Shown piece after piece: positions 28,769 to 38,775 of a stretch of 50,646 nucleotides of DNA. Position 1 is the stretch's first letter. Every line of letters begins with the position of its first letter. The notes below the pieces were generated by a model that saw only the letters and a program-made list of their open reading frames with translations, was not told the DNA's origin and searched no databases. A program made the position numbers and the translations under genes. This DNA comes from Eubacteriales bacterium (GTDB taxonomy: Bacteria; Bacillota; Clostridia; Oscillospirales; CAG-272), in NCBI GenBank assembly GCA_045652135.1, contig JAZRTS010000168.1:1-50646 (forward strand), written 5' to 3'.

Positions 28769-28799
28769 ACGGGGGAGCTTTGCGCTCTTTCCGTTTTTT
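28769..28799 (+). terminator. Riboswitch expression-platform terminator
   Basis: ACGGGGGAGC-TTTGC-GCTCTTTCCGT followed by a T run, between the aptamer and folT. Confidence 0.7.
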
Positions 28800-28841
28800 G
28801 CTTCTACGGGAATTTCCATCTGTCAGAAAGGAAATGCCAAA

Positions 28842-29630
28842 ATGTTAAAATTTAAAAACAATTACAAGCTTTTTATGTGCGGTGTCGTGCTTTTGATAAT
28901 GCAGTTTATCACGCTTGCCGTACGTGCCGTTTCCTATGCGCTTGTAAAGGGAACAGCACTTACGTTTGCGGCAATTAAGCCAACGAGCCCTGAAAGATTT
29001 GCGCTTTTCTGGGGTTTGGGGGTTATAGGGATTATTGTACTGATTATTTCAGCAACTGTCAAATTGGGTCATGAAATGCGCGAGCAGAGCGAAACGTCAG
29101 TAAAAAAACGGACGATGAAGCTCGTTATGTGTTCATTGCTTCTATCACTTGCAGGTGTCGTGTCACTCGTTGAAATAATGCCCGTTCAGGAAATGAAAAT
29201 AACGTTTACGTTTATTTTTATTGCTTTGTGCGGTTATTTGTACGGACCTACGACAGGTATGGCATTTGGTGCATCTGCCGATATTATCGGCTATATCGTT
29301 AATCCTGCCGGCGGTATGCTTTTTCCGGGATTTACGGTGACGGCGCTTATAAGCGGATTTTTCTATGGATTGATTTTGAATAGGGAATATAACAAAAACG
29401 GAAAGCTTCCTATTTGGCGCATAATAACCGCAAAAGCGCTTGATACGATTATTTGCAACATACTTCTTAATACGTTTTGCTGCAGCGTTCTTTATGGAGA
29501 TACATTTATAGCGTTACTTCCTGCGCGTGTTATAAAAAATCTTGTAATGTTTCCGTTTGAAACGATTATACTTATGCTTATAATAACATTTTTGGAAAAA
29601 TATACGGCAAGATACAACGTAAGACTTTAG
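28842..29630 (+). CDS. folT: Folate ECF transporter S component with N-terminal extension
   Basis: KITF.FI.IA..G.LYGP..G..FGA.ADIIG, FPGFT.TA...G..YG, NILLNT, R.IKN; RBS AAAGGA before ATG 28842; THF riboswitch upstream. Confidence 0.9.
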   Translation: MLKFKNNYKLFMCGVVLLIMQFITLAVRAVSYALVKGTALTFAAIKPTSPERFALFWGLGVIGIIVLIISATVKLGHEMREQSETSVKKRTMKLVMCSLLLSLAGVVSLVEIMPVQEMKITFTFIFIALCGYLYGPTTGMAFGASADIIGYIVNPAGGMLFPGFTVTALISGFFYGLILNREYNKNGKLPIWRIITAKALDTIICNILLNTFCCSVLYGDTFIALLPARVIKNLVMFPFETIILMLIITFLEKYTARYNVRL

Positions 29631-29699
29631 ATTTTTAATTTAAAACTGTGTTTTTTTGCCGTTTTTGTGCGTTTTTAGTGTTATACTTTTTATTGGATA

Positions 29700-29728
29700 T
29701 TGACAAAAAAAATTTTTTATGCAATAAT
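29700..29728 (+). promoter_or_regulatory. Sigma-A promoter of GT2 operon
   Basis: TTGACA-N17-AATAAT with extended -10 TG. Confidence 0.6.
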
Positions 29729-29769
29729 GATTCTATAGAATAGGTCGATTTATTTGAAAGGTTAATATT

Positions 29770-30732
29770 ATGGAAAAAATTGCTGTATTGATTCCGTGTT
29801 ATAACGAAAGTATAACGATCGGCAAGGTTGTTGCAGATTGGAAAAAAATGTTGCCAGATGCGACAATCTATGTTTACGATAATAATTCATCTGATGGTAC
29901 CGATGAAGCGGCGAAGGCGGCAGGAGCGGTTGTAAGATATGAATATCAGCAGGGGAAAGGTAACGTTATTCGCAGAATGTTCAGAGAGATAGATGCGCAG
30001 GTATACGTTATGGTTGACGGTGATGATACATACCCTGCGGATTGCGCGCGAGAGATGGTTGATCTTGTCCTTGAAAAACAAGTAGATATGGTCATAGGTG
30101 ACAGACTCTCGTCTACTTATTTTACAGAAAATAAAAGGCATTTTCACAACTTCGGAAATACACTCGTGCGTTTTAGTATAAATACGCTTTTTCGCTCCAA
30201 TGTCCGTGATGTTATGACGGGATGCCGTGCGTTCAGCTATGAATTTGTAAAAACGTTTCCTGTTCTTTCGGCAGGTTTTGAAATAGAGACCGAAATGACG
30301 ATACACGCGCTTGACAAAAATATGAGCATACAGCACATTGTCATTCCGTATCAGGACAGACCGGAGGGAAGTGTTTCAAAATTGAGCACTGTTTCGGATG
30401 GGATAAAAGTACTTAATACGATAGTGAAATTGCACCGAAACTATAAACCGGCATCGTTTTTCGGATTGATAGGTGCTGTACTTATGCTTCTGGCAACGGG
30501 TTTCTTTATTCCGGTGTTTATTACTTATTTGAAAACCTCTCTTGTTCCTAATTTTCCGACGCTTATTGTCTGTGGATTTTCGGTTATTGCGGCGCTTTTA
30601 TCGTTTTTTACCGGTTTACAGCTCCAGAATGCTGTTCAGAAGAACAAACAGGATTTTGAAATGGTAAGAATCAGAACAAATAAAGAAATGAGAGATATGT
30701 TACAGCACCTCAAGGAGAAAAAAGATGCTTAA
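29770..30732 (+). CDS. GT2 polyprenyl-phosphate glycosyltransferase (DPM1/GtrB-like)
   Basis: IPCYNE, DNNSSDGT, QGKG, VDGDDTY, GFEIETE, two C-terminal TMs. Confidence 0.92.
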   Translation: MEKIAVLIPCYNESITIGKVVADWKKMLPDATIYVYDNNSSDGTDEAAKAAGAVVRYEYQQGKGNVIRRMFREIDAQVYVMVDGDDTYPADCAREMVDLVLEKQVDMVIGDRLSSTYFTENKRHFHNFGNTLVRFSINTLFRSNVRDVMTGCRAFSYEFVKTFPVLSAGFEIETEMTIHALDKNMSIQHIVIPYQDRPEGSVSKLSTVSDGIKVLNTIVKLHRNYKPASFFGLIGAVLMLLATGFFIPVFITYLKTSLVPNFPTLIVCGFSVIAALLSFFTGLQLQNAVQKNKQDFEMVRIRTNKEMRDMLQHLKEKKDA

Positions 30733-32137
30733 ACTGTCGGAAAAACACGCCGTTATTTCCCAAAAGCTCCTGATCGTTTTCGTTGCTGTAATCACGTTTA
30801 TGTTGTGCATACTGCCGATGTCGAAGCTTCCGATCTGGAATGGAGAAGATCCCGGACACCGTAATCAGTATGAGCTTATGGCTGAAGCGATTCTTGAAGG
30901 AAGGATCCATTTGGCGTACGGAGATGAAGGGGAACTTGAACTTTTGAAAAATCCGTATGATCCTGCCGAAAGAGAAGAAGCGGGAGTGGTTTATCATTGG
31001 GATCATGCGTATTATAACGGACACTATTACATGTACTTCGGCATAGTTCCCGTATTTTTGACATTTTTGCCTTACCGTATCGTTACAGGGCATGCTCTTA
31101 CGACATATCATGCTACTCAGATATTTACTGTTGCGATTGTAATAGGTATTTTTGTTTTGTTTCGCATGCTTTCAAAGCTTTTCTTTAAAAAGCTTGACAT
31201 TTTGCCGTACCTTTCGCTGTCTGTCGCATTTTCTGTAATGAGCGTATGGTACGCGGCGGCAAGACCGGCACTTTACTGTACAGCGATTACGGCGGGAATT
31301 GCACTGGAGCTGTGGAGTATTTACTTTTTTGTACGCGCCGTTTACTGTGACGGAACGGAAAATCGAAAGATATTATTTGCAGCTGTCGGCGCGTTGCTTG
31401 GCGCACTGGTATTTGGATGCCGACCGACGATCGGACTCGCCAATATTGTAGTTCTGCCGTTGCTGTTCGTATTTTTGCGCGAACGCAAGATTACGGCAAA
31501 GCTGATTGGAAAACTTGCCCTTGCCGCTTTACCTTATTTCGTTGTTGCGGCATGCCTTATGACGTATAACTACGTCAGATTTGATAATCCTTTTGAATTT
31601 GGTCAGGCATATCAGCTTACGGTTACCGATCAGTCAAGTTACAATATGTCAATAGGTCTTTATGAGATTTTCCGTATTGTTAACGACACGATTTCGAATT
31701 TTTTTGCGTATTCCGGTATGGATTCCGTATTTCCTTATCTTCGCGCAAGCAGTGTCTTTATGAATTTTCCCATTTTGATGTTGTCCGTGTTTATAATACA
31801 TCCGCTCGTATATAAGAAATTATTGAGTACAAAAACCTCGTACTTCGTAGGAGGATTAGCGGTATCCGTGTTAATTATTACGGCAGCGGATATTCTATGG
31901 TCGCCGTATTTTACGGAAAGATACAGAATGGATATGTATTTTCTGATGGCTATTGCTTGTTTTGTGATACTTGGGTTCCTGTATGACGGTGCCTCACATA
32001 AGCGGATAATGAATATTGTGATCGTGGGATTTTCAGTGCTAACGGTGGCATCTTCGCTGCTTCTGTGCATGGAAAGAATTTACGGTGATTATCCGGATGC
32101 GGCGATAAAAGTTTCTGATTTGTTTTCTGTTTTTTGA
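30725..32137 (+). CDS. Multi-pass membrane protein, probable GT-C glycosyltransferase
   Basis: About 11 TMs, loop WDHAYYNGHYYMYFG..P, GCRP, YNY.RF.NPFEFG..YQ, ERY; overlaps the GT2 stop. Confidence 0.6.
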   Translation: MLKLSEKHAVISQKLLIVFVAVITFMLCILPMSKLPIWNGEDPGHRNQYELMAEAILEGRIHLAYGDEGELELLKNPYDPAEREEAGVVYHWDHAYYNGHYYMYFGIVPVFLTFLPYRIVTGHALTTYHATQIFTVAIVIGIFVLFRMLSKLFFKKLDILPYLSLSVAFSVMSVWYAAARPALYCTAITAGIALELWSIYFFVRAVYCDGTENRKILFAAVGALLGALVFGCRPTIGLANIVVLPLLFVFLRERKITAKLIGKLALAALPYFVVAACLMTYNYVRFDNPFEFGQAYQLTVTDQSSYNMSIGLYEIFRIVNDTISNFFAYSGMDSVFPYLRASSVFMNFPILMLSVFIIHPLVYKKLLSTKTSYFVGGLAVSVLIITAADILWSPYFTERYRMDMYFLMAIACFVILGFLYDGASHKRIMNIVIVGFSVLTVASSLLLCMERIYGDYPDAAIKVSDLFSVF

Positions 32138-32142
32138 TTTCG

Positions 32143-32172
32143 AAAGAGTCCGATATAAAATCGGGCTCTTTT
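32143..32172 (+). terminator. Rho-independent terminator
   Basis: AAAGAGTCCGAT-ATAAA-ATCGGGCTCTTT followed by T-rich tail. Confidence 0.8.
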
Positions 32173-32214
32173 CTTTTATTATAATATTAAATATATATTA
32201 TTCACAAATTATGC

Positions 32215-32243
32215 TTTACAAAATTTTGTTGCTATGATATAAT
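32215..32243 (+). promoter_or_regulatory. Sigma-A promoter
   Basis: TTTACA-N17-TATAAT with extended -10 TG. Confidence 0.75.
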
Positions 32244-32281
32244 TTTATACGGAGAAATATCGTTTATAACAGGAGGCAATT

Positions 32282-32869
32282 ATGGAAATATCCAATCTTA
32301 AACAAATAGGTGAAAGACTCGCGGATCTTCGTGATATTCTCGGTTTTACTGCCGCTGATATGGCTAAATTCACGGATACGACGGAGGAAGAATATATACA
32401 GTGCGAAAAGGGTATGCGCGATATGTCAATCTCTTTTCTTTGTAAAGCGGCGCAGAGACTGCGCGTTGACCTTACCGACCTTATAATGGGTGAAGCTCCC
32501 AAGCTTTCCGTCTATACGGTAACTAAGAAAGGTAACGGTCTTCCCGTTGAAAGACGTCACGGATTTGACTATCAGAATATGGCATATATGTTCAGTGACA
32601 GAAAGATAGAGCCGTTTACTGTAAGAGTACCTTTTACGGAAGAAGCGGTAGAGGCGCCTATACATATGTGCGTTCACGACGGTCACGAATTTGATATGAT
32701 AATTAAAGGTACGCTTAAAATGGTCATCAACGATAAGGTGGAAATACTCAACGAGGGTGACTGCATATACCTTAATTCCAAGTGGCCCCACGGTATGGTT
32801 GCAGTAGGCGGCGAGGATTGTCATTTTCTTGCTATAGTTATCCCTGAAACGGATGCAGATACGAAATGA
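32282..32869 (+). CDS. XRE-family HTH regulator with cupin domain
   Basis: IGERL..LR N-terminal HTH; cupin HDGHEF..G..L.EGD..Y.NS..PHG. Confidence 0.9.
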   Translation: MEISNLKQIGERLADLRDILGFTAADMAKFTDTTEEEYIQCEKGMRDMSISFLCKAAQRLRVDLTDLIMGEAPKLSVYTVTKKGNGLPVERRHGFDYQNMAYMFSDRKIEPFTVRVPFTEEAVEAPIHMCVHDGHEFDMIIKGTLKMVINDKVEILNEGDCIYLNSKWPHGMVAVGGEDCHFLAIVIPETDADTK

Positions 32870-33588
32870 GATTCTTTGTATCATCCGAAGATATAATATC
32901 GGATACGGTAACGATAACCGGTGATGATTGTGTTCATATCGGCGTTTCTCTCCGTTGCCGACCGAATGACGTGATAACGGTGTGCGATGAACAAATGCAT
33001 GAATATACGTGTGAGATCATCTCAATTACACCCGATGCCGTAAAGGCAAAGATTATTGATATGAGCATTGTCGCGGCAGAACCGCGAGTGAAGATACATC
33101 TTTATCAGTCGCTTGCGAAGGGTGATAAGCTCGATCTTATAATTCAGAAAGCTACTGAAATAGGTGTACATGATATAACGTTGGTTAACAGTAAGCGGTG
33201 TATCGTAAAGTATGACGATAAGAGCTCCGCAAAAAAAGTTGAGCGCTTTTCGAAAATCGCAGAATCTGCAGCAAAGCAAAGCGGAAGAGGTATTGTACCC
33301 ATTGTTTTCCCACCCATTGATATAAAAACAGCATTAAGCGAAGCAAAAGGGCAAAAGCTATTTTGCTATGAACTTGAAAAAGGACTGTCTCTTAAAAAGG
33401 CGGTAACCGGAAAGAGTCCTGATGAAATATCAATTTTCATAGGTCCGGAAGGTGGATATACAGCAGAAGAAGCTGAAGCGGCAGAGTTAAACGGGGCGAT
33501 TTCGGTAACGCTCGGCAAAAGAATACTCAGGTGCGAGACGGCCCCTCTCTTTGTTCTTTCGTGCTTGATGTATGAATTTGATCTGTAA
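32866..33588 (+). CDS. rsmE: 16S rRNA (uracil1498-N3)-methyltransferase
   Basis: HI..SLR, QKATEIGV, AAKQSGR, IGPEGG, LGKRILRCETA. Confidence 0.95.
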   Translation: MRFFVSSEDIISDTVTITGDDCVHIGVSLRCRPNDVITVCDEQMHEYTCEIISITPDAVKAKIIDMSIVAAEPRVKIHLYQSLAKGDKLDLIIQKATEIGVHDITLVNSKRCIVKYDDKSSAKKVERFSKIAESAAKQSGRGIVPIVFPPIDIKTALSEAKGQKLFCYELEKGLSLKKAVTGKSPDEISIFIGPEGGYTAEEAEAAELNGAISVTLGKRILRCETAPLFVLSCLMYEFDL

Positions 33589-33664
33589 AGTAGTTTTTTG
33601 TACATATTTTTATAAATTATGACGAAAAAAGGGTAAAAATTTATATAAAATTTTTAAATGTATG

Positions 33665-33710
33665 TTGAAATGTTACAAAAAATAGCGTATAATATTGTAT
33701 ATGTACAATA
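33665..33710 (+). promoter_or_regulatory. Sigma-A promoter plus palindromic operator
   Basis: TTGAAA-N17-TATAAT (33665-33693), then TATTGTA-TATG-TACAATA (33693-33710) over the start site. Confidence 0.7.
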
Positions 33711-33750
33711 AAAAGTGCAATCAATTAAATCGTTATTTTCGGAGGTGTAT

Positions 33751-34836
33751 ATGTCGAACAGACTATTCCAAAGCATAATTCATCAAATGAAGGATGCACT
33801 CGACCGTGTTATCGGTGTTATTGATGACAACGGTGTTATCATATCTTGTTCGGATCTTACCAAAATAGGTGAAACCCGTCAAGGAATAAGGGACGAGCTT
33901 GCGTACACCGCCGATGTTGTTTATTCGAAGGGCTATACGTACCGTCCCATTGAAAATTCAGCGAAAGCGGAATATATCGTTTTTGTCGAAGGTGAGGACA
34001 AGATGTCTGACAGAATGTCATCGGTTCTTGCCATATCCCTTGCAAATATAAAAAATCTATACGACGAAAAGTATGATAAGGCGTCTTTCATAAAGAATAT
34101 CATACTTGACAATATTCTGCCAAGCGATATCTACATAAAATCAAAGGAGCTTCATTTTTCAACGGAAGTCACCCGTGTGGTAATACTTGTGAAATTCCTT
34201 TCTCCCACTGATACGGTTCCGTTTGATATGATTGCGAGCATGTATCCCGACAAAAACAAGGATTTTGTTATCAGTGTCGGTGAACGTGATATCGTTCTTG
34301 TAAAAGAAATGAAGTACGGATATGAATCTTCCGATGTCCTTAAACTTGCAAAGTCAATTTACGATATGCTGTCGTCTGAATTTTTTGCAAAGGTTGCAAT
34401 AGGCATAGGTACTGCAGCTGACAACGTCAAGGATCTTGCTCGTTCTTACAAAGAGGCACAGGTGGCTCTTGAAGTCGGTAAGGTGTTTGATACCGAAAAG
34501 AATATTATAGCTTATGAAAATCTCGGTATAGGAAGACTTATATATCAGCTTCCCACGACTCTTTGTGAAATGTTCCTCAACGAAGTATTCAAAAAAGGTT
34601 CCATTGAAAGTATTGACAGAGAAACTCTTATGACAATTCAAGCGTTTTTTGAAAATAATCTGAATGTTTCCGAAACGTCCAGAAAGCTTTTCGTGCACAG
34701 AAATACACTCGTTTACAGACTTGACAAGATCAGAAAGATAACGGGACTTGATTTGCGTGAATTTGAGCACGCGATAACCTTCAAAGTCGCTCTTATGGTT
34801 CAGAAATATCTTACGAGTAAACCCGCAAAATTCTGA
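33751..34836 (+). CDS. CdaR/PucR family transcriptional regulator
   Basis: N-terminal sugar-diacid-recognition-like domain, SYKEA..AL, C-terminal HTH LFVHRNTLVYRLDKI..ITGLDL; RBS GGAGG gives start 33751. Confidence 0.92.
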   Translation: MSNRLFQSIIHQMKDALDRVIGVIDDNGVIISCSDLTKIGETRQGIRDELAYTADVVYSKGYTYRPIENSAKAEYIVFVEGEDKMSDRMSSVLAISLANIKNLYDEKYDKASFIKNIILDNILPSDIYIKSKELHFSTEVTRVVILVKFLSPTDTVPFDMIASMYPDKNKDFVISVGERDIVLVKEMKYGYESSDVLKLAKSIYDMLSSEFFAKVAIGIGTAADNVKDLARSYKEAQVALEVGKVFDTEKNIIAYENLGIGRLIYQLPTTLCEMFLNEVFKKGSIESIDRETLMTIQAFFENNLNVSETSRKLFVHRNTLVYRLDKIRKITGLDLREFEHAITFKVALMVQKYLTSKPAKF

Positions 34837-34864
34837 TTTGTCCTTTATTAAAAAGGAAATTAAT

Positions 34865-35545
34865 ATGATAAAATTCAATAATGTGTCAAAGGTTTACGGA
34901 AATGGTACCGTGGCACTTAAAAATATAAATCTCGCCATCGAAGATGAAAGCTTTGTTTTTATCGTAGGGCATTCAGGCGCAGGTAAATCCACACTTCTTA
35001 AGCTTTTGCTTTGTGAGGAAGAGCCTACTGAAGGCTCAATTGAGGTGGACGACTACGATCTTAATTCGCTTAAAAGCCGAAAGATTCCTTATTACAGACG
35101 TAATTTAGGTATAGTTTTTCAGGATTTCAAGCTTTTTGAAAAAAGTACGGTTTATGAAAACGTTGCTTTTGCGATGCGCGCCATAGGAGAGCCTAACAGT
35201 GCGATCAAAAAGCGTGTTCCTAAGCTTTTGTCACTTCTCGGACTAAGTGAAAGAAGCGATAATTTTCCGACTGAGCTTTCGGGCGGTGAGCAGCAGAGAG
35301 TATCTTTGGCCAGAGCGTTAGCCAACAATCCCAAGATAATAATAGCGGATGAGCCTACTGCTAACGTAGACCCTCGTATGAGTCTTGATATAATGAATTT
35401 ACTTATCCAGTTGAATCAGGGAGGAAGAACCGTTATTGTCATAACTCACGATAAAAATCTCGTTGACTTTTTCCAGAAGCGTGTTGTTGTTATAGAAGAC
35501 GGTGTTATAACCGAAGACAGGATAGGAGGAATGTTCAATGCGTAA
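34865..35545 (+). CDS. ftsE: Cell division ATP-binding protein FtsE
   Basis: GHSGAGKST, IPYYRR.LG.VFQDFKL, LSGGEQQRV, IADEPT; followed by ftsX. Confidence 0.93.
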   Translation: MIKFNNVSKVYGNGTVALKNINLAIEDESFVFIVGHSGAGKSTLLKLLLCEEEPTEGSIEVDDYDLNSLKSRKIPYYRRNLGIVFQDFKLFEKSTVYENVAFAMRAIGEPNSAIKKRVPKLLSLLGLSERSDNFPTELSGGEQQRVSLARALANNPKIIIADEPTANVDPRMSLDIMNLLIQLNQGGRTVIVITHDKNLVDFFQKRVVVIEDGVITEDRIGGMFNA

Positions 35546-37340
35546 GTACAGTTTTAAATATCTTACACAGAGAAGTTTGCGTAGTCTTGTCAGAAACGGA
35601 TTTATGTCTGTTGCCTCTATTTTGACACTTTCCTTATGCTTACTTGTTATAGGTTCGTTCGGGTTGCTTGTGTATAACATATATGTAAATCTTAATGAAC
35701 TTGACGGATTGAATGAGATCGTTTGTATGTGTGATTACGATCTTGAAGATGGAAAAGAAAAGGATATTGAAGAAGCTATCAAAGCTCTCAATAATGTCGA
35801 AAGTATAACATTTATTTCAAAAGAAGAAGCTTTTGCAGAACAGATAAAACAGTATGCGGCTTTCCCGCAGATACTTGAATATTTCGAAAAAACAAATTCA
35901 TCTTCGAAGGATGAAGCTGAGGATACAACAACCGTTGCGGGTCCCGAAGCACCGAAAGAAGATTCCGAAGAAAATGATACAAATGACAAAAAAGTCGTTT
36001 CTGATGCTATTTCAAAAAGAAAAAACTATAAAAGCTATACATACAAGTCAATCATCACTATGAAGATGCTTGGTAACGAAATACGCATTGATGGTGTTGA
36101 AAGGCTTATTTCGGGCGATGACGGTGTTCAGTTCCTTCTTGAAAGCTATATCGGTGAACAGCTTGAAGATGCTATGTATTATAAAGACGGTGTTCTTTAC
36201 ATTAACGGTGAATCACTGTCTTGCGGTGAGATAAGTGCTGATGAATTTTATGCACTTGACTGTACTGAGCTGTCGAAGATGGCTTGGTTGGCTGATTTTT
36301 CAAATTACGATGCAGCTCAGGCAGAAGAAAATATTGCTGTTATAATGAACGGTATTATGCCCGAAGCTGTAATAAAGGCATTTGATCTTTCGAGTGTTAT
36401 TCCCGGTGGGAAATCGCCTGAAATTTCCGGAGATGCGAAGGTTATCATCAATCCGCACGGAGATATTATAAATGAAAGCTTCAATCTGAAAATCACAGTA
36501 TCAAATGCAGATCAGCCGTTTGAAATGGAAATTGCATATAACTCAGAAATATCAGATATCAACTCTCTTGCTTCAATCGATTTTGATGATGAAGCTTTGT
36601 CGGAGTATGATAAAAAAGACGATATTTTGTCCCTTGTTTCCCACGATACGTCGGCTGATGATGAAACAACACCCGATGACGGCGATGTTACTGATTCAGA
36701 AGCGGAGAGCGATGTTGTTACGGAAGATGCACTTGATACAGAAACAGCCCCTGTAACAGATGGTGAAACAAACAACGGTGCATCAGTTCGTGATCAAAAC
36801 CCTCTTTCCGATGCATTTAAGGTAGTCTATAAGGATATAAACGGTATAACAGAGCTTCGTGACAGACTCTCTGCCATAGACGGCATCAGAAGTGTAAAGG
36901 ATGCGGCAGATGCTGCTCAGACACTTCAGAATCTTAAAGATACTATAATGATCATTTTCGTAGGATTCATGCTTGCGCTTATATTCGTTTCAGTTGTAAT
37001 AATCGCCTTTACAATAAGTATGGCGGTTTCTACAAGAGAAAAGGAAGTACTTGTAATGAGATACGTAGGTGCTACAAGTTTCTTCATAACTTTTCCGTTT
37101 ATACTTGAATCGATGTTTATCGGTCTTATAGCAACGGCTATATCTTATGCTATACAGTACGGTCTTTACGGTTATCTGTGTAACATAATGCTCAATTCAG
37201 GTCAAGAAGTTGCGTCGTTTATAAGCATTGCACCGTTTTCGGATATATGGCTCCCGACGTTGGTAGCTTTTCTTGCGGTTGCACTTTTGACGTGTTACGT
37301 CGGATGCAGAGTAACGCTTTCTAAAAAAGTTAAAGTGTGA
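35538..37340 (+). CDS. ftsX: FtsX permease-like protein with ~300-aa extracellular insertion
   Basis: RNGFMSVASI TM1, FISKEEA, NPL..AF.V, R.KE..VMR.VGAT..FI..PF..E, three C-terminal TMs; 600 aa. Confidence 0.88.
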   Translation: MRKYSFKYLTQRSLRSLVRNGFMSVASILTLSLCLLVIGSFGLLVYNIYVNLNELDGLNEIVCMCDYDLEDGKEKDIEEAIKALNNVESITFISKEEAFAEQIKQYAAFPQILEYFEKTNSSSKDEAEDTTTVAGPEAPKEDSEENDTNDKKVVSDAISKRKNYKSYTYKSIITMKMLGNEIRIDGVERLISGDDGVQFLLESYIGEQLEDAMYYKDGVLYINGESLSCGEISADEFYALDCTELSKMAWLADFSNYDAAQAEENIAVIMNGIMPEAVIKAFDLSSVIPGGKSPEISGDAKVIINPHGDIINESFNLKITVSNADQPFEMEIAYNSEISDINSLASIDFDDEALSEYDKKDDILSLVSHDTSADDETTPDDGDVTDSEAESDVVTEDALDTETAPVTDGETNNGASVRDQNPLSDAFKVVYKDINGITELRDRLSAIDGIRSVKDAADAAQTLQNLKDTIMIIFVGFMLALIFVSVVIIAFTISMAVSTREKEVLVMRYVGATSFFITFPFILESMFIGLIATAISYAIQYGLYGYLCNIMLNSGQEVASFISIAPFSDIWLPTLVAFLAVALLTCYVGCRVTLSKKVKV

Positions 37341-37362
37341 TTATTTTAAAAGGAGTTAATTT

Positions 37363-38775
37363 ATGGTATCAACCTTAAAAAGAATATCGGCGTTGTTACT
37401 TACGGTTATAATGCTTATTTCCGGTGTTTTTTCGGCAAGTGCCAAGAAAATATCGCAAAGTGACATTAATAATATGAATTCACAGATTGCCGGAACGCAG
37501 GCGGAAATAAACCGCTTGAACGGTAACAGAAATGAGATTCGCGACAAGCAGAAAGAAATTGAAGAGCAGCTTAAGGAAATAGAAAAAGAAACAGCGAAGG
37601 TAGAAGAACTTAAACTGCTTCTCGATTTGCAAATAGAGTATCTTACAGAAGAAATACTTACGACTGAGAAGATCATTATGCAGTGTCAGGATGATATTGC
37701 TTTGAAAACGGCGATGATCGACTCGACGAAGCAGGAACTTGAAGAAAAAGAAGCGTTGTTTATAGAGTTTTTCAGAAACAACTATGAACAAGGTTCAACG
37801 AAATTAAAATATATTGAGATACTTCTGACTTCGCGTTCTATTTCAGATTTTATTCTGAATGTTCAGTATATAGGAAGTATACTTGATTACGAACAGTATT
37901 TGCTTGACAGCACTGAAAACCTTATAGCTACATACAAGAGTCAGGTCAGTGATCTTGAAAAAATGCAGGCCTTGAATAGCGAAAATATCGCTTCTCTTGA
38001 TGAAAGAAAACAAACAGTTAATACGTTATCGGCTGAGGCAGGGGACTATATTCTTCAATTGATGAAGGATGAAGAAAAGGCGCTTGCGCTTGAAGAACAA
38101 ATGGAAAAAGCGGAAGCAGACCTTCTTGATGAGATCCAGGCGTTGGTTGATAAGAAAAACAGCCAGGTAGCTACGAAAGAAGAGCTGGAAAAACAGTACG
38201 AAGAACAAAAACGCGCTGAGGAAGAACTCAGAAAACAGCAGGAAGAAGAAAAAAGAAGAGAGGAAGAAGAAAAAAAGAAGCAGGAGCAGCAGCAAAACGG
38301 CGGCAGCAGCAGTTCTTCTTCATCTTCGGCCGGTATTGTTAAGGACGGCGAATGGCAATGGCCTATCAACTACAATCTTGGTAAATGGACAAGTCCGTTC
38401 GGTTGGCGTCCCGATCCGTTCGGAAGCGGTAAGATGAAATATCACAACGGCGTCGATCTTGCACTTGCAGGTGGTAACAATATATATGCTGTTGATGACG
38501 GTACGGTTCTCATATCAAAACGTCACAATTCGTTTGGCAATTACGTTGTAATTCTTCACGACAACGGATATAAAACACTTTACGCGCACGCATCGAAACT
38601 TCTTGTTAGTGTCGGTGACAGAGTTGCGCAGGGAAAGATCATAGCGAAGGTCGGCACTACGGGAGATTCAACGGGAAATCACTTGCATTTCTCCGTAATC
38701 AATCCTAATGGGGATTACGTTAATCCCGCGGATTTTTTCCCGACACTGTTTGCTAAACTTAAACGTTACTTCTGA
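37363..38775 (+). CDS. Coiled-coil + M23 peptidase (EnvC/CwlO-like murein hydrolase)
   Basis: Signal peptide, long coiled coil, HNGVD and HLH zinc motifs, GNYV.I.H, TG.STGNHLHF. Confidence 0.92.
   Translation: MVSTLKRISALLLTVIMLISGVFSASAKKISQSDINNMNSQIAGTQAEINRLNGNRNEIRDKQKEIEEQLKEIEKETAKVEELKLLLDLQIEYLTEEILTTEKIIMQCQDDIALKTAMIDSTKQELEEKEALFIEFFRNNYEQGSTKLKYIEILLTSRSISDFILNVQYIGSILDYEQYLLDSTENLIATYKSQVSDLEKMQALNSENIASLDERKQTVNTLSAEAGDYILQLMKDEEKALALEEQMEKAEADLLDEIQALVDKKNSQVATKEELEKQYEEQKRAEEELRKQQEEEKRREEEEKKKQEQQQNGGSSSSSSSSAGIVKDGEWQWPINYNLGKWTSPFGWRPDPFGSGKMKYHNGVDLALAGGNNIYAVDDGTVLISKRHNSFGNYVVILHDNGYKTLYAHASKLLVSVGDRVAQGKIIAKVGTTGDSTGNHLHFSVINPNGDYVNPADFFPTLFAKLKRYF

Noticed and set aside
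28591-28841. ORFs 28591-28848, 28613-28819 and the 55-aa folT extension from 28677
   Set aside because: They run through the riboswitch and its terminator; the RBS supports ATG 28842.
29705-29718. A8/T6 tract in the GT2 promoter spacer (and A9 at 8809-8817) as a phase-variation switch
   Set aside because: Runs of this length are common in AT-rich intergenic DNA; read-level length variation would be needed.
32198-32206. Isolated DnaA box TTATTCACA
   Set aside because: A single 9-mer is expected by chance in 50 kb of AT-rich DNA.
38195-38330. GAA/CAG/TCT-rich low-complexity repeats
   Set aside because: They encode the E/K/Q coiled coil and Ser linker of the M23 protein; not a DNA repeat element.
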